Shown: positions 1 to 9,746 of the stretch, piece after piece
Layout: every line of letters starts with the position of its first letter
Numbering within the stretch: the stretch's first letter is position 1
Assembly: GCF_045037415.1 (NCBI RefSeq)
Contig: NZ_CP173438.1
Length of the DNA: 64,000 nucleotides
Direction: 5' to 3' (one strand)
Source: Escherichia coli
GTDB taxonomy: Bacteria > Pseudomonadota > Gammaproteobacteria > Enterobacterales > Enterobacteriaceae
Translations under genes and position numbers: made by a program
Notes under the pieces: generated by a model
Database searches by the model: none
What the model saw: the letters and a program-made list of their open reading frames with translations, nothing else
Told to the model about the DNA's origin: nothing

Positions 1-17
1 ACCAATGGCTGCGTCAT
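1..17 (-). CDS. rssB: RssB response regulator/RpoS adaptor, 5' end only (gene runs off the window)
   Basis: Reverse strand from 17 reads ATG ACG CAG CCA TTG GT = MTQPLV, the RssB N-terminus as I recall it. It lies directly downstream of rssA as in K-12. Confidence 0.6.
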
Positions 18-108
18 GTTCTCTCCCCTGACTGGCTTTACTCAATAGTGGCATGCTATTGCCACCTACGCCTGTCAGAATTAACTTAAGTGTAGATAAA
101 AATTCTGG

Positions 109-1014
109 TCAAATGTTGGTGCGTACCAACGGCAAAAGTTCGTCCATTTTCTTTTCCACTGCCAGCTGTCCGGCCGCAATGGCAGCGTGCGCGCGATGGA
201 AATCAAGCGTAGATATTTGCGGGCAAACAGGTTGAATCAGAATATCGGGCGGATCACCTGCCATGCGGTTCCTTTTAAGGCGGTTCTCCAGCACCTGGAT
301 AGAAGTGGTCATAATCTCTGTTGCCGTTGGCGCTGTCACCGCCCGACGTGTCGTTATGCTGCCTAACCTTTCTTTCAGACGCGCATGCCACGGCAGAGAA
401 TCACCATTCTCGCTATTTTCTTCACTGACATTAAAGGAGAGCAAATCTTGTTGCATCAAATGAGCATCGTGCTGCAGGTCGACCGCTATCACAATATCAG
501 CCCCCAATGCACGCGTGAGGGAAATAGGAATTGGGTTAACTACAGCGCCATCAACCAGCCAGTAGCCGTTATGCGCAACGGGTGCCATTAGTCCTGGAAT
601 ACTGCATGATGCACGAATAGCAAGATGGAGATCGCCTTCAGTAAACCATAATTCACGCCCAGTACTTAAATTGGTGGCAACAGCCGCGAAGCGACGGGAA
701 CAATTTTCGATCTCTGTTTCCGGCATTATTTCGCGATATTGATTGAAGACACGCTCGCCGCGCAGTAACCCACCGCGCTGCCAGGAGAGATCCATCAGGC
801 GTAAAACATCCCAATAACTGAAAGAGGTCACCCAATCTTCCAGCGCAGATAATCGATCGCATGCATAGGCAGCGCCCACCAGCGAACCAATTGAACATCC
901 TGCAACGATATCAATTTCAATACCCACTTTTTTTAGCGCATTAATTACGCCAATATGCGACCAACCTCTTGCCGCGCCAGATCCCAGCGCCAGCCCTATT
1001 TTTATCTTTCTCAT
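109..1014 (-). CDS. rssA: Patatin-like phospholipase RssA
   Basis: ORF 109..1053. The internal start MRKIKIGLALGSGAARGW gives 301 aa. GSGAARG and GCSIGS patatin motifs are present. Recognised as E. coli RssA. Confidence 0.93.
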   Translation of the reverse strand: MRKIKIGLALGSGAARGWSHIGVINALKKVGIEIDIVAGCSIGSLVGAAYACDRLSALEDWVTSFSYWDVLRLMDLSWQRGGLLRGERVFNQYREIMPETEIENCSRRFAAVATNLSTGRELWFTEGDLHLAIRASCSIPGLMAPVAHNGYWLVDGAVVNPIPISLTRALGADIVIAVDLQHDAHLMQQDLLSFNVSEENSENGDSLPWHARLKERLGSITTRRAVTAPTATEIMTTSIQVLENRLKRNRMAGDPPDILIQPVCPQISTLDFHRAHAAIAAGQLAVEKKMDELLPLVRTNI

Positions 1015-1126
1015 TATTCCCGCAAGATTCCCCTGGAATGCAATCGTAGCCACATCGCTACTGCTCGGTTAACATAGTGCTACTCAGGCGGTTAATACGC
1101 CGTTATTGTTTCCAGGGAGATTATTT

Positions 1127-1585
1127 GTGTCTCAGCTTTGTCCCTGTGGTAGTGCTGTCGAGTATAGCCTATGTTGCCACCCTTATGTGTCTGGTGAAAA
1201 GGTTGCACCTGATCCAGAACATCTCATGCGTTCGCGTTACTGCGCTTTTGTGATGCAAGACGCAGATTATTTAATAAAGACCTGGCATCCATCTTGTGGA
1301 GCAGCGGCGTTACGTGCCGAATTGATTGCCGGATTTGCGCATACTGAATGGTTGGGATTGACCGTATTTGAACATTGCTGGCAGGACGGCGGCGATATCG
1401 GATTTGTCAGTTTTGTTGCTCGATTTACCGAGGGTGGCAAAACAGGTGCAATAATTGAACGTTCGCGATTTTTGAAAGAAAACGGTCAATGGTACTATAT
1501 TGACGGTACACGTCCGCAGTTTGGCCGCAACGATCCCTGCCCTTGTGGTTCAGGTAAAAAATTTAAAAAGTGCTGCGGCCAATAA
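1127..1585 (+). CDS. ychJ: SEC-C motif protein YchJ
   Basis: ORF 1106..1585. In-frame GTG at 1127 gives (M)SQLCPCGS...; the C-terminal [18 protein letters not shown] motif is present. Matches K-12 YchJ from memory. Confidence 0.9.
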   Translation: MSQLCPCGSAVEYSLCCHPYVSGEKVAPDPEHLMRSRYCAFVMQDADYLIKTWHPSCGAAALRAELIAGFAHTEWLGLTVFEHCWQDGGDIGFVSFVARFTEGGKTGAIIERSRFLKENGQWYYIDGTRPQFGRNDPCPCGSGKKFKKCCGQ

Positions 1586-1634
1586 TGGTTGACGGTACGG
1601 TTTAGCAAACACTCTCAACAAGGTTTTTCCAGCA

Positions 1635-2477
1635 ATGCATTCACTCCAACGTAAAGTTCTGCGTACTATTTGTCCGGACCAAAAAGGTCTGATCGCACGT
1701 ATTACCAATATTTGCTACAAGCACGAGTTAAATATCGTGCAGAACAATGAATTTGTAGATCATCGTACCGGGCGCTTTTTTATGCGCACGGAACTGGAAG
1801 GGATTTTTAATGATTCCACCCTGCTGGCAGATCTCGATAGCGCATTGCCAGAAGGCTCCGTGCGTGAGCTGAATCCTGCCGGTCGTCGCCGGATAGTGAT
1901 TCTGGTCACTAAAGAAGCACATTGCCTTGGCGATTTGCTGATGAAAGCCAATTACGGCGGCCTGGATGTCGAAATCGCGGCAGTTATTGGTAACCACGAT
2001 AATTTACGTTCTCTGGTTGAGCGTTTTGATATTCCGTTTGAGCTGGTAAGCCATGAAGGGTTAAGCCGCAACGAGCACGATCAAAAGATGGCGGATGCCA
2101 TTGATGCTTATCAACCTGACTATGTGGTGCTGGCGAAGTATATGCGGGTATTAACGCCGGAATTTGTGGCTCGCTTCCCGAATAAGATCATCAATATTCA
2201 CCATTCCTTCCTGCCAGCGTTTATCGGCGCACGTCCTTATCACCAGGCCTATGAGCGTGGCGTGAAGATTATTGGCGCAACCGCTCACTATGTGAATGAC
2301 AATCTGGACGAAGGTCCAATCATCATGCAGGACGTTATTCATGTCGATCATACCTACACAGCTGAAGATATGATGCGCGCAGGTCGTGACGTCGAGAAAA
2401 ACGTCTTAAGTCGTGCGCTATACAAAGTACTGGCGCAGCGCGTCTTTGTTTACGGTAATCGGACGATTATTCTTTAA
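1635..2477 (+). CDS. purU: Formyltetrahydrofolate deformylase
   Basis: 280-aa ORF MHSLQRKVLRTICPDQKGLIARITNICY..., an ACT domain followed by a formyltransferase domain. Synteny with tyrT. Confidence 0.96.
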   Translation: MHSLQRKVLRTICPDQKGLIARITNICYKHELNIVQNNEFVDHRTGRFFMRTELEGIFNDSTLLADLDSALPEGSVRELNPAGRRRIVILVTKEAHCLGDLLMKANYGGLDVEIAAVIGNHDNLRSLVERFDIPFELVSHEGLSRNEHDQKMADAIDAYQPDYVVLAKYMRVLTPEFVARFPNKIINIHHSFLPAFIGARPYHQAYERGVKIIGATAHYVNDNLDEGPIIMQDVIHVDHTYTAEDMMRAGRDVEKNVLSRALYKVLAQRVFVYGNRTIIL

Positions 2478-2558
2478 TCGTCAGCCAAAATAACTGGTTA
2501 GCTTTAATCCGTTACGGATGAAAATCACGCAACCAGTTCATTTTTCTCAACGTAACAC

Positions 2559-2586
2559 TTTACAGCGGCGCGTCATTTGATATGAT
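2559..2586 (+). promoter_or_regulatory. tyrT-type sigma70 promoter (-35 TTTACA, -10 TATGAT, GC-rich discriminator)
   Basis: TTTACA at 2559-2564 and TATGAT at 2581-2586 with a 16-bp spacer, followed by GCGCCCCGC. Matches the classical stringently controlled tyrT promoter as I remember it. Confidence 0.8.
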
Positions 2587-2636
2587 GCGCCCCGCTTCCC
2601 GATAAGGGAGCAGGCCAGTAAAAAGCATTACCCCGT

Positions 2637-2721
<85 letters not shown>

Positions 2722-2737
2722 TCACTCGATTCCATTA

Positions 2738-3829
2738 TCAAACCTTCGGCTTCTCCCCCATTCGCCGTAAAAACTGCTGCTGTAGCCTCAACAAATCCGC
2801 TAACGTCAACAACTGATAATCCAGACCTTGCTGGCTGGCAATTTGCGCAATAATGCGGCTTAGCGCCGAATAATGGCGATGATGCCAGTGAGGAAACAGA
2901 TGATGGGTAAGGTGCAGATTAATCCCACCCAGCCAGTAGCCAAGCCATGCAGGTTGCGGCGTCCAATCAAAGGTGGTAGCAAAGGTATGCGCCAGTCTGC
3001 CCACGGGCATTTTGCCCTCTTCTGGTGGTAACTGCGTATGTCCCTTCGCCCAGTGCGTTCCAATAATCAACGTCACAAAAATCAATGACGCCAGCAGCTG
3101 GCTGAGCAGATAAGTCAGCAGGATGGTCATAAAACTAAAATCAGACAAAAGCCAGGGAATTATCAGACACAGCGCACAATGCGCCAGTTTCCCGGCTAAG
3201 AAATATCCCCAGCCAGCAAAGCCTCGCAGGGCCAGATGTCGCGTGACCGGCGTAAACCCTGCGCGATCGAGCCAGTCCACTACCCAGATATACCAGGGAA
3301 AGGTGAGCGCGGCGACCAGTGGCCAATAGCGATGTTGCTGGCGCATAAAAGGTCGCCACCGTTGCCACGGCGTCTGGCGAAGAATGCCATTTTCTGCTGT
3401 ATCTGGATCGTAAAATTCAATATTGGTAAAACCGTGATGAAAGCGAACGTGGCGCACCCGCCAGCAGTCCGGATCTAGCCCCATAGGAAAAGCAACCCAC
3501 CGGTTAAGCCGGGCATTGGTCTTTTTACCACGCAAAAACGCATCATGCGAAGCGTCATGCACCACATTGACCGCTAACAACATGGCGCAAAACATCATCG
3601 CGAGATACCACAACAGATACAGTCCCCATTGACGTTGAAATAACGCCAGTAAGTAACAGGAGAAACAAGCAATAATCAACACCGCCATTTTGACGAATGC
3701 CCATCCGTCGGCATACCGATGATCGCCTGATTTCGCCAGATAAACTTTCGTACCGCTTTGCAGTTGTTTCACCAGTTGTGGATCATCGGCAGGAAAAGTG
3801 ATTAACCTGTCGGGATTAAACAGGTTCAT
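2738..3829 (-). CDS. Membrane fatty-acid desaturase family protein
   Basis: 363 aa and polytopic. Three histidine boxes are visible: HDASHD, HVRFHH, HLTHHLFPHWHH. The ATG at 3829 overlaps the upstream gene by 14 nt. Confidence 0.8.
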   Translation of the reverse strand: MNLFNPDRLITFPADDPQLVKQLQSGTKVYLAKSGDHRYADGWAFVKMAVLIIACFSCYLLALFQRQWGLYLLWYLAMMFCAMLLAVNVVHDASHDAFLRGKKTNARLNRWVAFPMGLDPDCWRVRHVRFHHGFTNIEFYDPDTAENGILRQTPWQRWRPFMRQQHRYWPLVAALTFPWYIWVVDWLDRAGFTPVTRHLALRGFAGWGYFLAGKLAHCALCLIIPWLLSDFSFMTILLTYLLSQLLASLIFVTLIIGTHWAKGHTQLPPEEGKMPVGRLAHTFATTFDWTPQPAWLGYWLGGINLHLTHHLFPHWHHRHYSALSRIIAQIASQQGLDYQLLTLADLLRLQQQFLRRMGEKPKV

Positions 3830-4940
3830 ACTGTTTCCTTAGCGATTTACGTCCTACGCCGATTACAAATAACAGGCAATGGGCCAGCAGAATACCCACT
3901 AATCCCTTCCAGAGCAGAGTACTCCATGAACACATATAGACAATAAAATAGAGCAGTGACAACGTCACAGAGCACCACAAAATCATACCCCAATGCTGCC
4001 CGTCGCTCATGCCCCCCAGCGCAACGGAGCCTGCCGCCAGCAGAACAAATAATACGGCTTGCTCGCTGGTAATAAACTCAATGCCATAGCCATATTGTTG
4101 AATGTAGCCAAGCACCAGCATAAACAGCAGGATCACCCCTGCCCCTACCGCCCATGGAGAACTCTGGTAGCGACCTTCAATCGCTTTGCCAAATGAGCAA
4201 AAGCCCATTAAGCGTAAAAATGGCAGATTACTCTCGCGCATCGGGTTACAGGACAAGCGACTATTTTTTACGCCGTAGCCTACGTCGTATTCCGGCCCGG
4301 CACTATACGAACCGAAAAGTTTATCCCACAACAAAAAGGTGCCACCGTAATTGGTATCGGCATATTGCTTTTGATTCAGATGATGGACGCGATGATGCGA
4401 AGGCGTGATCAGCACTTTTTCCAGCCAGCCCAGTTTCGGCGTTAGTGCGTTATGGTTAAAAAATTGCCAACTATAGTGAATAATAGAAACCGCCAAAAAG
4501 ACCTGTAACGGCACACCAAGCATCGCCAGCAGCATAAAAAACGGGATTGAGGTTAACGAGGAGTACCACGAGTTCCGCACGCCTAATGACAGGTTGTAGT
4601 GTTCCCCCTGATGATGCACCACATGTACCGCCCACAGCGGGCGCATTTCGTGATGCCAGCGATGTAGCCAGTAAAAGCCGAAATCCCACGCCAGGATAGT
4701 AAACAACCACAGCAGGATCACCGGCACATTATCAAACAGTCCAAGGCTGAAGTGATTGACCACCAGGCCATAGCAGAGCACTTCCAGGCAGCGAAATAAC
4801 CACAGCATCATATGACCGGAGTTGATATTAAAAATAACGTCCAGCCAGTCCACTTTTTGCCGCCCGGTGAATTGCAACACGCCCGCTTCGGCTAACACCA
4901 ACAGCACCATCGATATGATGGGGAATAATAAATCACTCAT
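3816..4940 (-). CDS. Fatty-acid hydroxylase / sterol desaturase family protein with extra C-terminal TM region
   Basis: 374 aa. His boxes HRWHHE, HVVHHQGEH and HHRVHH are present. The start overlaps the upstream PAP2 gene by 8 nt. Confidence 0.8.
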   Translation of the reverse strand: MSDLLFPIISMVLLVLAEAGVLQFTGRQKVDWLDVIFNINSGHMMLWLFRCLEVLCYGLVVNHFSLGLFDNVPVILLWLFTILAWDFGFYWLHRWHHEMRPLWAVHVVHHQGEHYNLSLGVRNSWYSSLTSIPFFMLLAMLGVPLQVFLAVSIIHYSWQFFNHNALTPKLGWLEKVLITPSHHRVHHLNQKQYADTNYGGTFLLWDKLFGSYSAGPEYDVGYGVKNSRLSCNPMRESNLPFLRLMGFCSFGKAIEGRYQSSPWAVGAGVILLFMLVLGYIQQYGYGIEFITSEQAVLFVLLAAGSVALGGMSDGQHWGMILWCSVTLSLLYFIVYMCSWSTLLWKGLVGILLAHCLLFVIGVGRKSLRKQYEPV

Positions 4941-5535
4941 ATTGTGTCTTCCTTTTCTCGCATGTTGCGCATATCCAACCGCAAATCGACGCCAGCAACG
5001 CGCCGCCTACTAAATCGATAAATAAATGTCTGCGTAATTGCAGAATCGAAAAGGCGATTGCTATCGCCCAGACCACGCTCATTAGCGTCAGCCAACGGTT
5101 CCCCTTTTTAGCAATCGCCCATACCGCCAACAGCGTTAGCGCGGCGTGTAAGGAGGGAAAACAGTTCTGGCTTGAGTCAATGGCGATCAGCCTGTTGAGT
5201 GCGCCCGCGGATATCCCCATCTGATCAAACGAGGGATAATGCATGGTTGTGGGCCAGAGAAGATAAAATACGCCAGCCACCAGTGCGGAAATTTGCATTG
5301 AACGGGCCAGCCAGCGCAGGTGGCAAAGTGGCGTGGATAAATAACCTAACGGCACAATGAAAAAAAACGAGAGATACAGCCACACAGCGGAGGGGGAAAA
5401 CGCAATCAAATTATCAATTATTGACGGTGTTAATTGATATCCCTCACCTTGCAGGTAGTCGCTAAAGTTGTAGATAACCCCAACAGTTCCCCAGCCCAGC
5501 AGCATCTGTTTCAGGCGTAGCAGTGAATTGCTCAT
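4933..5535 (-). CDS. PAP2-superfamily membrane phosphotransferase/phosphatase (PAP2_C-like)
   Basis: The ORF track extends to 5697, but the ATG at 5535 forms an ATGA overlap with the upstream stop, giving 200 aa (MSNSLLRL...). Motifs FPSLHAA and RRHLFID resemble PAP2 C2/C3. Confidence 0.7.
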   Translation of the reverse strand: MSNSLLRLKQMLLGWGTVGVIYNFSDYLQGEGYQLTPSIIDNLIAFSPSAVWLYLSFFFIVPLGYLSTPLCHLRWLARSMQISALVAGVFYLLWPTTMHYPSFDQMGISAGALNRLIAIDSSQNCFPSLHAALTLLAVWAIAKKGNRWLTLMSVVWAIAIAFSILQLRRHLFIDLVGGALLASICGWICATCEKRKTQYE

Positions 5536-6818
5536 TCCCGCCCCCACTGACGCACAATGCGCCGCCGCTTGGCTGTAAAAGAGACTGGCACAGTTTGCAG
5601 TTCCAGCGACCAAATTAATTGCCCGACAGCGATATCCTGGCGTATAAACAAGGCATTCAACGCCTCCCGGCAATGCTCCAGCATCCACAGCTCGCAATCG
5701 GCGATTAACGTCAATTGTGCTGACCCGGTTTGTAGCAGGCGATAATCGACTGTTAGCGGCAGTGTCATTGCCAGCACACGACTACAGGCATCGGCAAAAA
5801 CGGTCTGAATATCGCCGGATCTTGTTGGTAGTTGCAGTTGGTCATCCTGCCGCCCTTCGATACGCGCAATCGCCATTGTTGCACTGCCACAGGGGCATGG
5901 CTGTTCGCTTGCCACCAGCACATCATCCAGTCGATAACGCACTATCGGCTGTGTGGTGCGGGTAAAGTCTGTGACGATCGGCACGAAACGGTGCTCATCC
6001 AGCCATTGCGGTTCAATGTGAACAAACTCTTCGTTGAGATGTAACGTTCCACACCGGCAGGTGGAAGCGAGAAAGCCTTCTGTCGCCTGATAAATTTCCC
6101 CCACATTGTGGAACACGTTGCGCAGTAATTCCCGATCCTGCGGCTCCAGAACTTCCGCCACCGAAATCACTTTTTTGACCTTTAGCGTCAATTCGCCGGC
6201 CATCACCTCCAGCGCCAGTGCGCGTAATACCTGAGCTGGCGCGACAATAATCGTGGGCGCTCGCTGTTGGAGAAGTTTGAGTTGCGCCTGAAATGGCGCT
6301 AGCAGATCGTAAAAATCGAGACTTAACCAGCGATTATTCACGCTTTGATACAGGTTGTTGTCCGCGCGCAGAAACAGCGCCACCCGCTCTTTGGCAAATA
6401 AATCATCGGGCAACACTTTTGCCAGCACACCGGCGGCCCACATCTGTTGCTCGTGCGGGCTAACAACAAAAAGTCCACGACGCCCGGATGTACCTGATGA
6501 AAGCCCAACGCTGAACTTACCAACGCAGGGTTTGAAATCACGACTCTGCTCACTGCGCATTGCACAATCGAGAAGTTCGTCGCGCTTTAAACCTGCGGTA
6601 TTCATCTCATCGAAGTGCGTCATCATTAACGCTTTATCCATCATTGGCCACTGATTAAAGGGCAACGTCAGATAACGCTGAAACCACGGGCTATGAGATA
6701 AGACATTTTGCCGGAACTGATGCAGCCTTTTTGCCTGCCAGTTTTCCAGTGCCTCGCGATCGGTGAAATGCAGCCTGCGGGTACGGAAGTAGCGCCAGAT
6801 CAACATCAACGGGATCAT
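5532..6818 (-). CDS. F390-synthetase-related / PaaK-like adenylate-forming enzyme
   Basis: 428 aa. Carries the SSGTSGRRG adenylation P-loop-like motif. The length and layout are typical of coenzyme F390 synthetase-related proteins. ATGA overlap with the MBL gene. Confidence 0.7.
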   Translation of the reverse strand: MIPLMLIWRYFRTRRLHFTDREALENWQAKRLHQFRQNVLSHSPWFQRYLTLPFNQWPMMDKALMMTHFDEMNTAGLKRDELLDCAMRSEQSRDFKPCVGKFSVGLSSGTSGRRGLFVVSPHEQQMWAAGVLAKVLPDDLFAKERVALFLRADNNLYQSVNNRWLSLDFYDLLAPFQAQLKLLQQRAPTIIVAPAQVLRALALEVMAGELTLKVKKVISVAEVLEPQDRELLRNVFHNVGEIYQATEGFLASTCRCGTLHLNEEFVHIEPQWLDEHRFVPIVTDFTRTTQPIVRYRLDDVLVASEQPCPCGSATMAIARIEGRQDDQLQLPTRSGDIQTVFADACSRVLAMTLPLTVDYRLLQTGSAQLTLIADCELWMLEHCREALNALFIRQDIAVGQLIWSLELQTVPVSFTAKRRRIVRQWGRE

Positions 6819-7621
6819 AAATCCCCCTCATGGCACAAACGAATCTCCACCACACCGTTTTGCCAAAGCTGATGGAGTTGCCCAAGCGTGTGGTAGTAGG
6901 CGTGGCTGTCGGACATAACCAGATGCGCCAGTGGTGAAGGCCCTCGCAGCTCCCGGTAGTTAGCTGGCGCCCATGCCGCATCGCCAGCCAGTAAAGTCCA
7001 GCCGTTGTCGGTTAACACAAACGCGCCAATATGTCCGGCAGCATGTCCTGGAAGCGGCACGAGAATAATTTCGCCATTGCTTTCTGGCAGCAAATAGCCG
7101 CACTCAAACGGTGCCAGTTGCGCGGGCAAATTCACCGATGCGAAACTTTCAATAAAGCGCAGTGAGGAGTCAAAATTCTCCGGGATTAGCCCTGGCACAA
7201 AGGCCTGGCGCAGCGCAGTGACACCACGCAGAGTTCTTACTTGCCGCCAGCCTTCACCAGAACAGATGCAGGAAACATCAGGGAAATCACGCAGGCCAGC
7301 AATATGATCAGCGTGAAAATGCGACAGAATAATCGCATCAACATCTTTCGCTGCGAGGCCGGTGGCAGAAAGTTGTCGCACCAGCGCCTGTTGCGGATCG
7401 AAATAAACCGGCGTGACCTGGCGATAAAGACGAAACACACCAGATTGCGTGTAGTGTTCGAACCACGATGAATAGCCTGTGTCCCACAGCCACCGTTTGT
7501 CGCCCACCTCCAGCAGCCAGGCGCGGGCGGGGAATTTGCACACTTTCAGCCCTGCCCCTTTCAGCGCAATACAGCTAATATGGGTACACCAGCCCGTTTC
7601 AAATGCGGTTATTTTTGCCAT
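6815..7621 (-). CDS. MBL-fold metallo-hydrolase
   Basis: 268 aa with the HFHADHIAG (HxHxDH) zinc motif and a later PGHAAGH. Confidence 0.8.
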   Translation of the reverse strand: MAKITAFETGWCTHISCIALKGAGLKVCKFPARAWLLEVGDKRWLWDTGYSSWFEHYTQSGVFRLYRQVTPVYFDPQQALVRQLSATGLAAKDVDAIILSHFHADHIAGLRDFPDVSCICSGEGWRQVRTLRGVTALRQAFVPGLIPENFDSSLRFIESFASVNLPAQLAPFECGYLLPESNGEIILVPLPGHAAGHIGAFVLTDNGWTLLAGDAAWAPANYRELRGPSPLAHLVMSDSHAYYHTLGQLHQLWQNGVVEIRLCHEGDL

Positions 7622-8615
7622 GTTCCCTCAGCCATTGTCCCGTGATTGCAATACCTTGTTCCATCGAAAAGCGTGGGCGATATCCCAGCTCTGTAATGGC
7701 CTTTTGCGCACTCAGCGTCATATCGAAACAGAGTGTTCCGGCGCTGTATCGTGTGATAACAGGTTCCTGATTAACGCACTTCCCATACAGTTCCAGGCCA
7801 CGCGCGATCAGAGAAAGCAGCGACCAGGGAACAGCAGCAATGCGGTAACTCAAGCCCAGTTGCTGGTGCAGCAAGGCGTCAAGCATCACCGATAGCTGCT
7901 GCGGCTGGTGATTGCTGATGTTGTAAATACTGCCCGAGCGTAAGCCTTCAACGTTCGTTGCCAGCCGCATGGCATACACCACGTTTTGCACGAACGTGAG
8001 ATCCAATAACGCGTCGCCCCCGCGCGGCAAACGTAAGCAACCGCCGCCCTGTTGCAATTGCTGCATCAGACGAGGAACAATTACCTGGTCATGGGGGCCA
8101 AACAAACCACGGGGACGCAAAAGAATAAATCTCGTGGCAGAATATCGAGAAACAGCGCCAGCAATAACCTGCTCAGCGGCATATTTACTGCTGGCATAAT
8201 GGCTGGAGAATGCTCGCGCAAGATAAGTTTCTGGCAGGTCATAGTGATGTTGAAAATCAAAGTAAACCGCAGGCGTGGAGATATGGATAAACCGGGGAAT
8301 ATTCAGCCTGCCTGCCGCCTGTGCCAGAGTGTGGGTCACTTTGACATTGGCAAGCCAGAACGCCGTTTTGTCGCCCCAGGGCGAGGACTTTGCCGCACAG
8401 TGCCAGACGGCATCGCAGCCGTCCATCAGGCGGGCGCAGTCATCCTCGGTTGCCTCGGTTAAATCGAGAGCCACAAACTGTGCGCCTGCGTTTGTCAGGC
8501 TTCTGCCAACCTCACAATTTCGCCCTGTTGCCACAACCGACTCACCCGATTGCAACAAATATTGCACGGCATTTCGCCCAAGGCCGCTGGTCGCCCCTGT
8601 TACGAGGATCTTCAC
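7599..8615 (-). CDS. NAD(P)-dependent epimerase/dehydratase (extended SDR) family protein
   Basis: 338 aa. Has the N-terminal Rossmann motif VTGATSGLG and the catalytic motif YASSKYAAE (YxxxK). The GTG start forms a GTGA overlap with the KAS III stop. Confidence 0.8.
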   Translation of the reverse strand: MKILVTGATSGLGRNAVQYLLQSGESVVATGRNCEVGRSLTNAGAQFVALDLTEATEDDCARLMDGCDAVWHCAAKSSPWGDKTAFWLANVKVTHTLAQAAGRLNIPRFIHISTPAVYFDFQHHYDLPETYLARAFSSHYASSKYAAEQVIAGAVSRYSATRFILLRPRGLFGPHDQVIVPRLMQQLQQGGGCLRLPRGGDALLDLTFVQNVVYAMRLATNVEGLRSGSIYNISNHQPQQLSVMLDALLHQQLGLSYRIAAVPWSLLSLIARGLELYGKCVNQEPVITRYSAGTLCFDMTLSAQKAITELGYRPRFSMEQGIAITGQWLREHGKNNRI

Positions 8616-9619
8616 GGTAAAAGCACCATGCCAGCCAGCGTTAGTCCCGCTGCCGTGCCAATCAACATTACAGGTTTATCCGCTGTGAAACGACCGCTAA
8701 TCACTGCTTCATGCAGCGCCGTGGGGATAGAGGCCGCGACCTGATTGCCGTAAAAACGATACACATCGATGAGCGCAGATTCCGGCACTCGCAGCCGTTT
8801 ACGCATATGTTCAAGGGAAAGATGACTGGCCTGATGCGGAACGACCGTGCCGATATCAGACAGTTGCAGGCTGCTTTTTTGCAGCAACCGAGAAAAATAA
8901 TCTTCAATAAGCGAAGAAGCAAAACGAAACAGCGGTTTCCCCTGCATATGAAAAAGAAAGTCGCTATCACTCACACCAGAGCGAGGATTACGCCGCGTAC
9001 CGCCAGCACGAATTTCACACAGTTCGCTGCCTTCGGGATACATTTCGATCAGGCTAGCGATAATCCCGCTGCGCCCATCGCCCCGCTCAACAATCGCGCA
9101 CGCCGCGCCATCACCAAAAATTAATGAAGACTCTTCATGATCCCAGTCGATACCGCGTGAAGCAATATCTGCCGAAACGATGGCAATGCGTCGATATGCT
9201 CCACAGTTTAATAATCCGGCAGCGACTTCAAGAGCGGAAATAAAGCTCACACAGCTACTGTTGATATCAAACCCGGCAACGCCTACGGGCATGGCTGCGG
9301 CTTTAAGAATATGAATTGCGCTACAGGGTAATGCCTGTACGGCAATGGCCGATGCACAAATTAGCAGATCAATATCAGAAGGATTTAAGGCTGCCGCTAC
9401 TAACGCATTATGTAAAGCCTCTGCCGCCAGTTCGGCCTGGCTGGCGTCGTTGCGGGCAAAATAGCGCCAGCAAATACCGGAACGTCGCTCAACATAGCCA
9501 ACTGGCTTATTTAACTGAACATCCAGTTGTTTAGAAGTGATTTGATCAGGGGGTAAGGCGATCCCCGTGGCGATTATTTTTAACGCCGCGGAGATCGTCG
9601 GTTGATTAGGTCGAGCCAC
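8612..9619 (-). CDS. FabH-like 3-oxoacyl-ACP synthase III (KAS III) family protein
   Basis: Cys-His-Asn triad contexts are DINSSCVSF, VPHQASH and YGNQVAASIP. The ORF track starts at TTG 9655. I prefer GTG 9619, which is preceded by AAGGAG. Confidence 0.75.
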   Translation of the reverse strand: MARPNQPTISAALKIIATGIALPPDQITSKQLDVQLNKPVGYVERRSGICWRYFARNDASQAELAAEALHNALVAAALNPSDIDLLICASAIAVQALPCSAIHILKAAAMPVGVAGFDINSSCVSFISALEVAAGLLNCGAYRRIAIVSADIASRGIDWDHEESSLIFGDGAACAIVERGDGRSGIIASLIEMYPEGSELCEIRAGGTRRNPRSGVSDSDFLFHMQGKPLFRFASSLIEDYFSRLLQKSSLQLSDIGTVVPHQASHLSLEHMRKRLRVPESALIDVYRFYGNQVAASIPTALHEAVISGRFTADKPVMLIGTAAGLTLAGMVLLP

Positions 9620-9714
9620 GGTCAGTGCTCCTTCACTGCTCCATAGGTGGACCAATCATATAGATGAAGTACGTTTCCCTACAATCCGAAAAATCGGCAG
9701 TGTGTAACCGCCGA

Positions 9715-9746
9715 TGTTTGGTTTAGATAATGTTTGGTTTAGATAA
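9715..9746. repeat. Perfect 16-bp tandem duplication TGTTTGGTTTAGATAA x2 abutting the narI stop codon
   Basis: 9715-9730 and 9731-9746 are identical when read directly. It lies in the short spacer between narI and the KAS III gene. Confidence 0.95.

Noticed and set aside
2730-2750. ATTATCAAACC near the tRNA end resembling the reverse complement of the 9715-9746 repeat (ATTATCTAAACC) as possible islet boundary repeats
   Set aside because: The match covers only about 11 nt with an indel and is inverted rather than direct. It is too weak to call boundary repeats.
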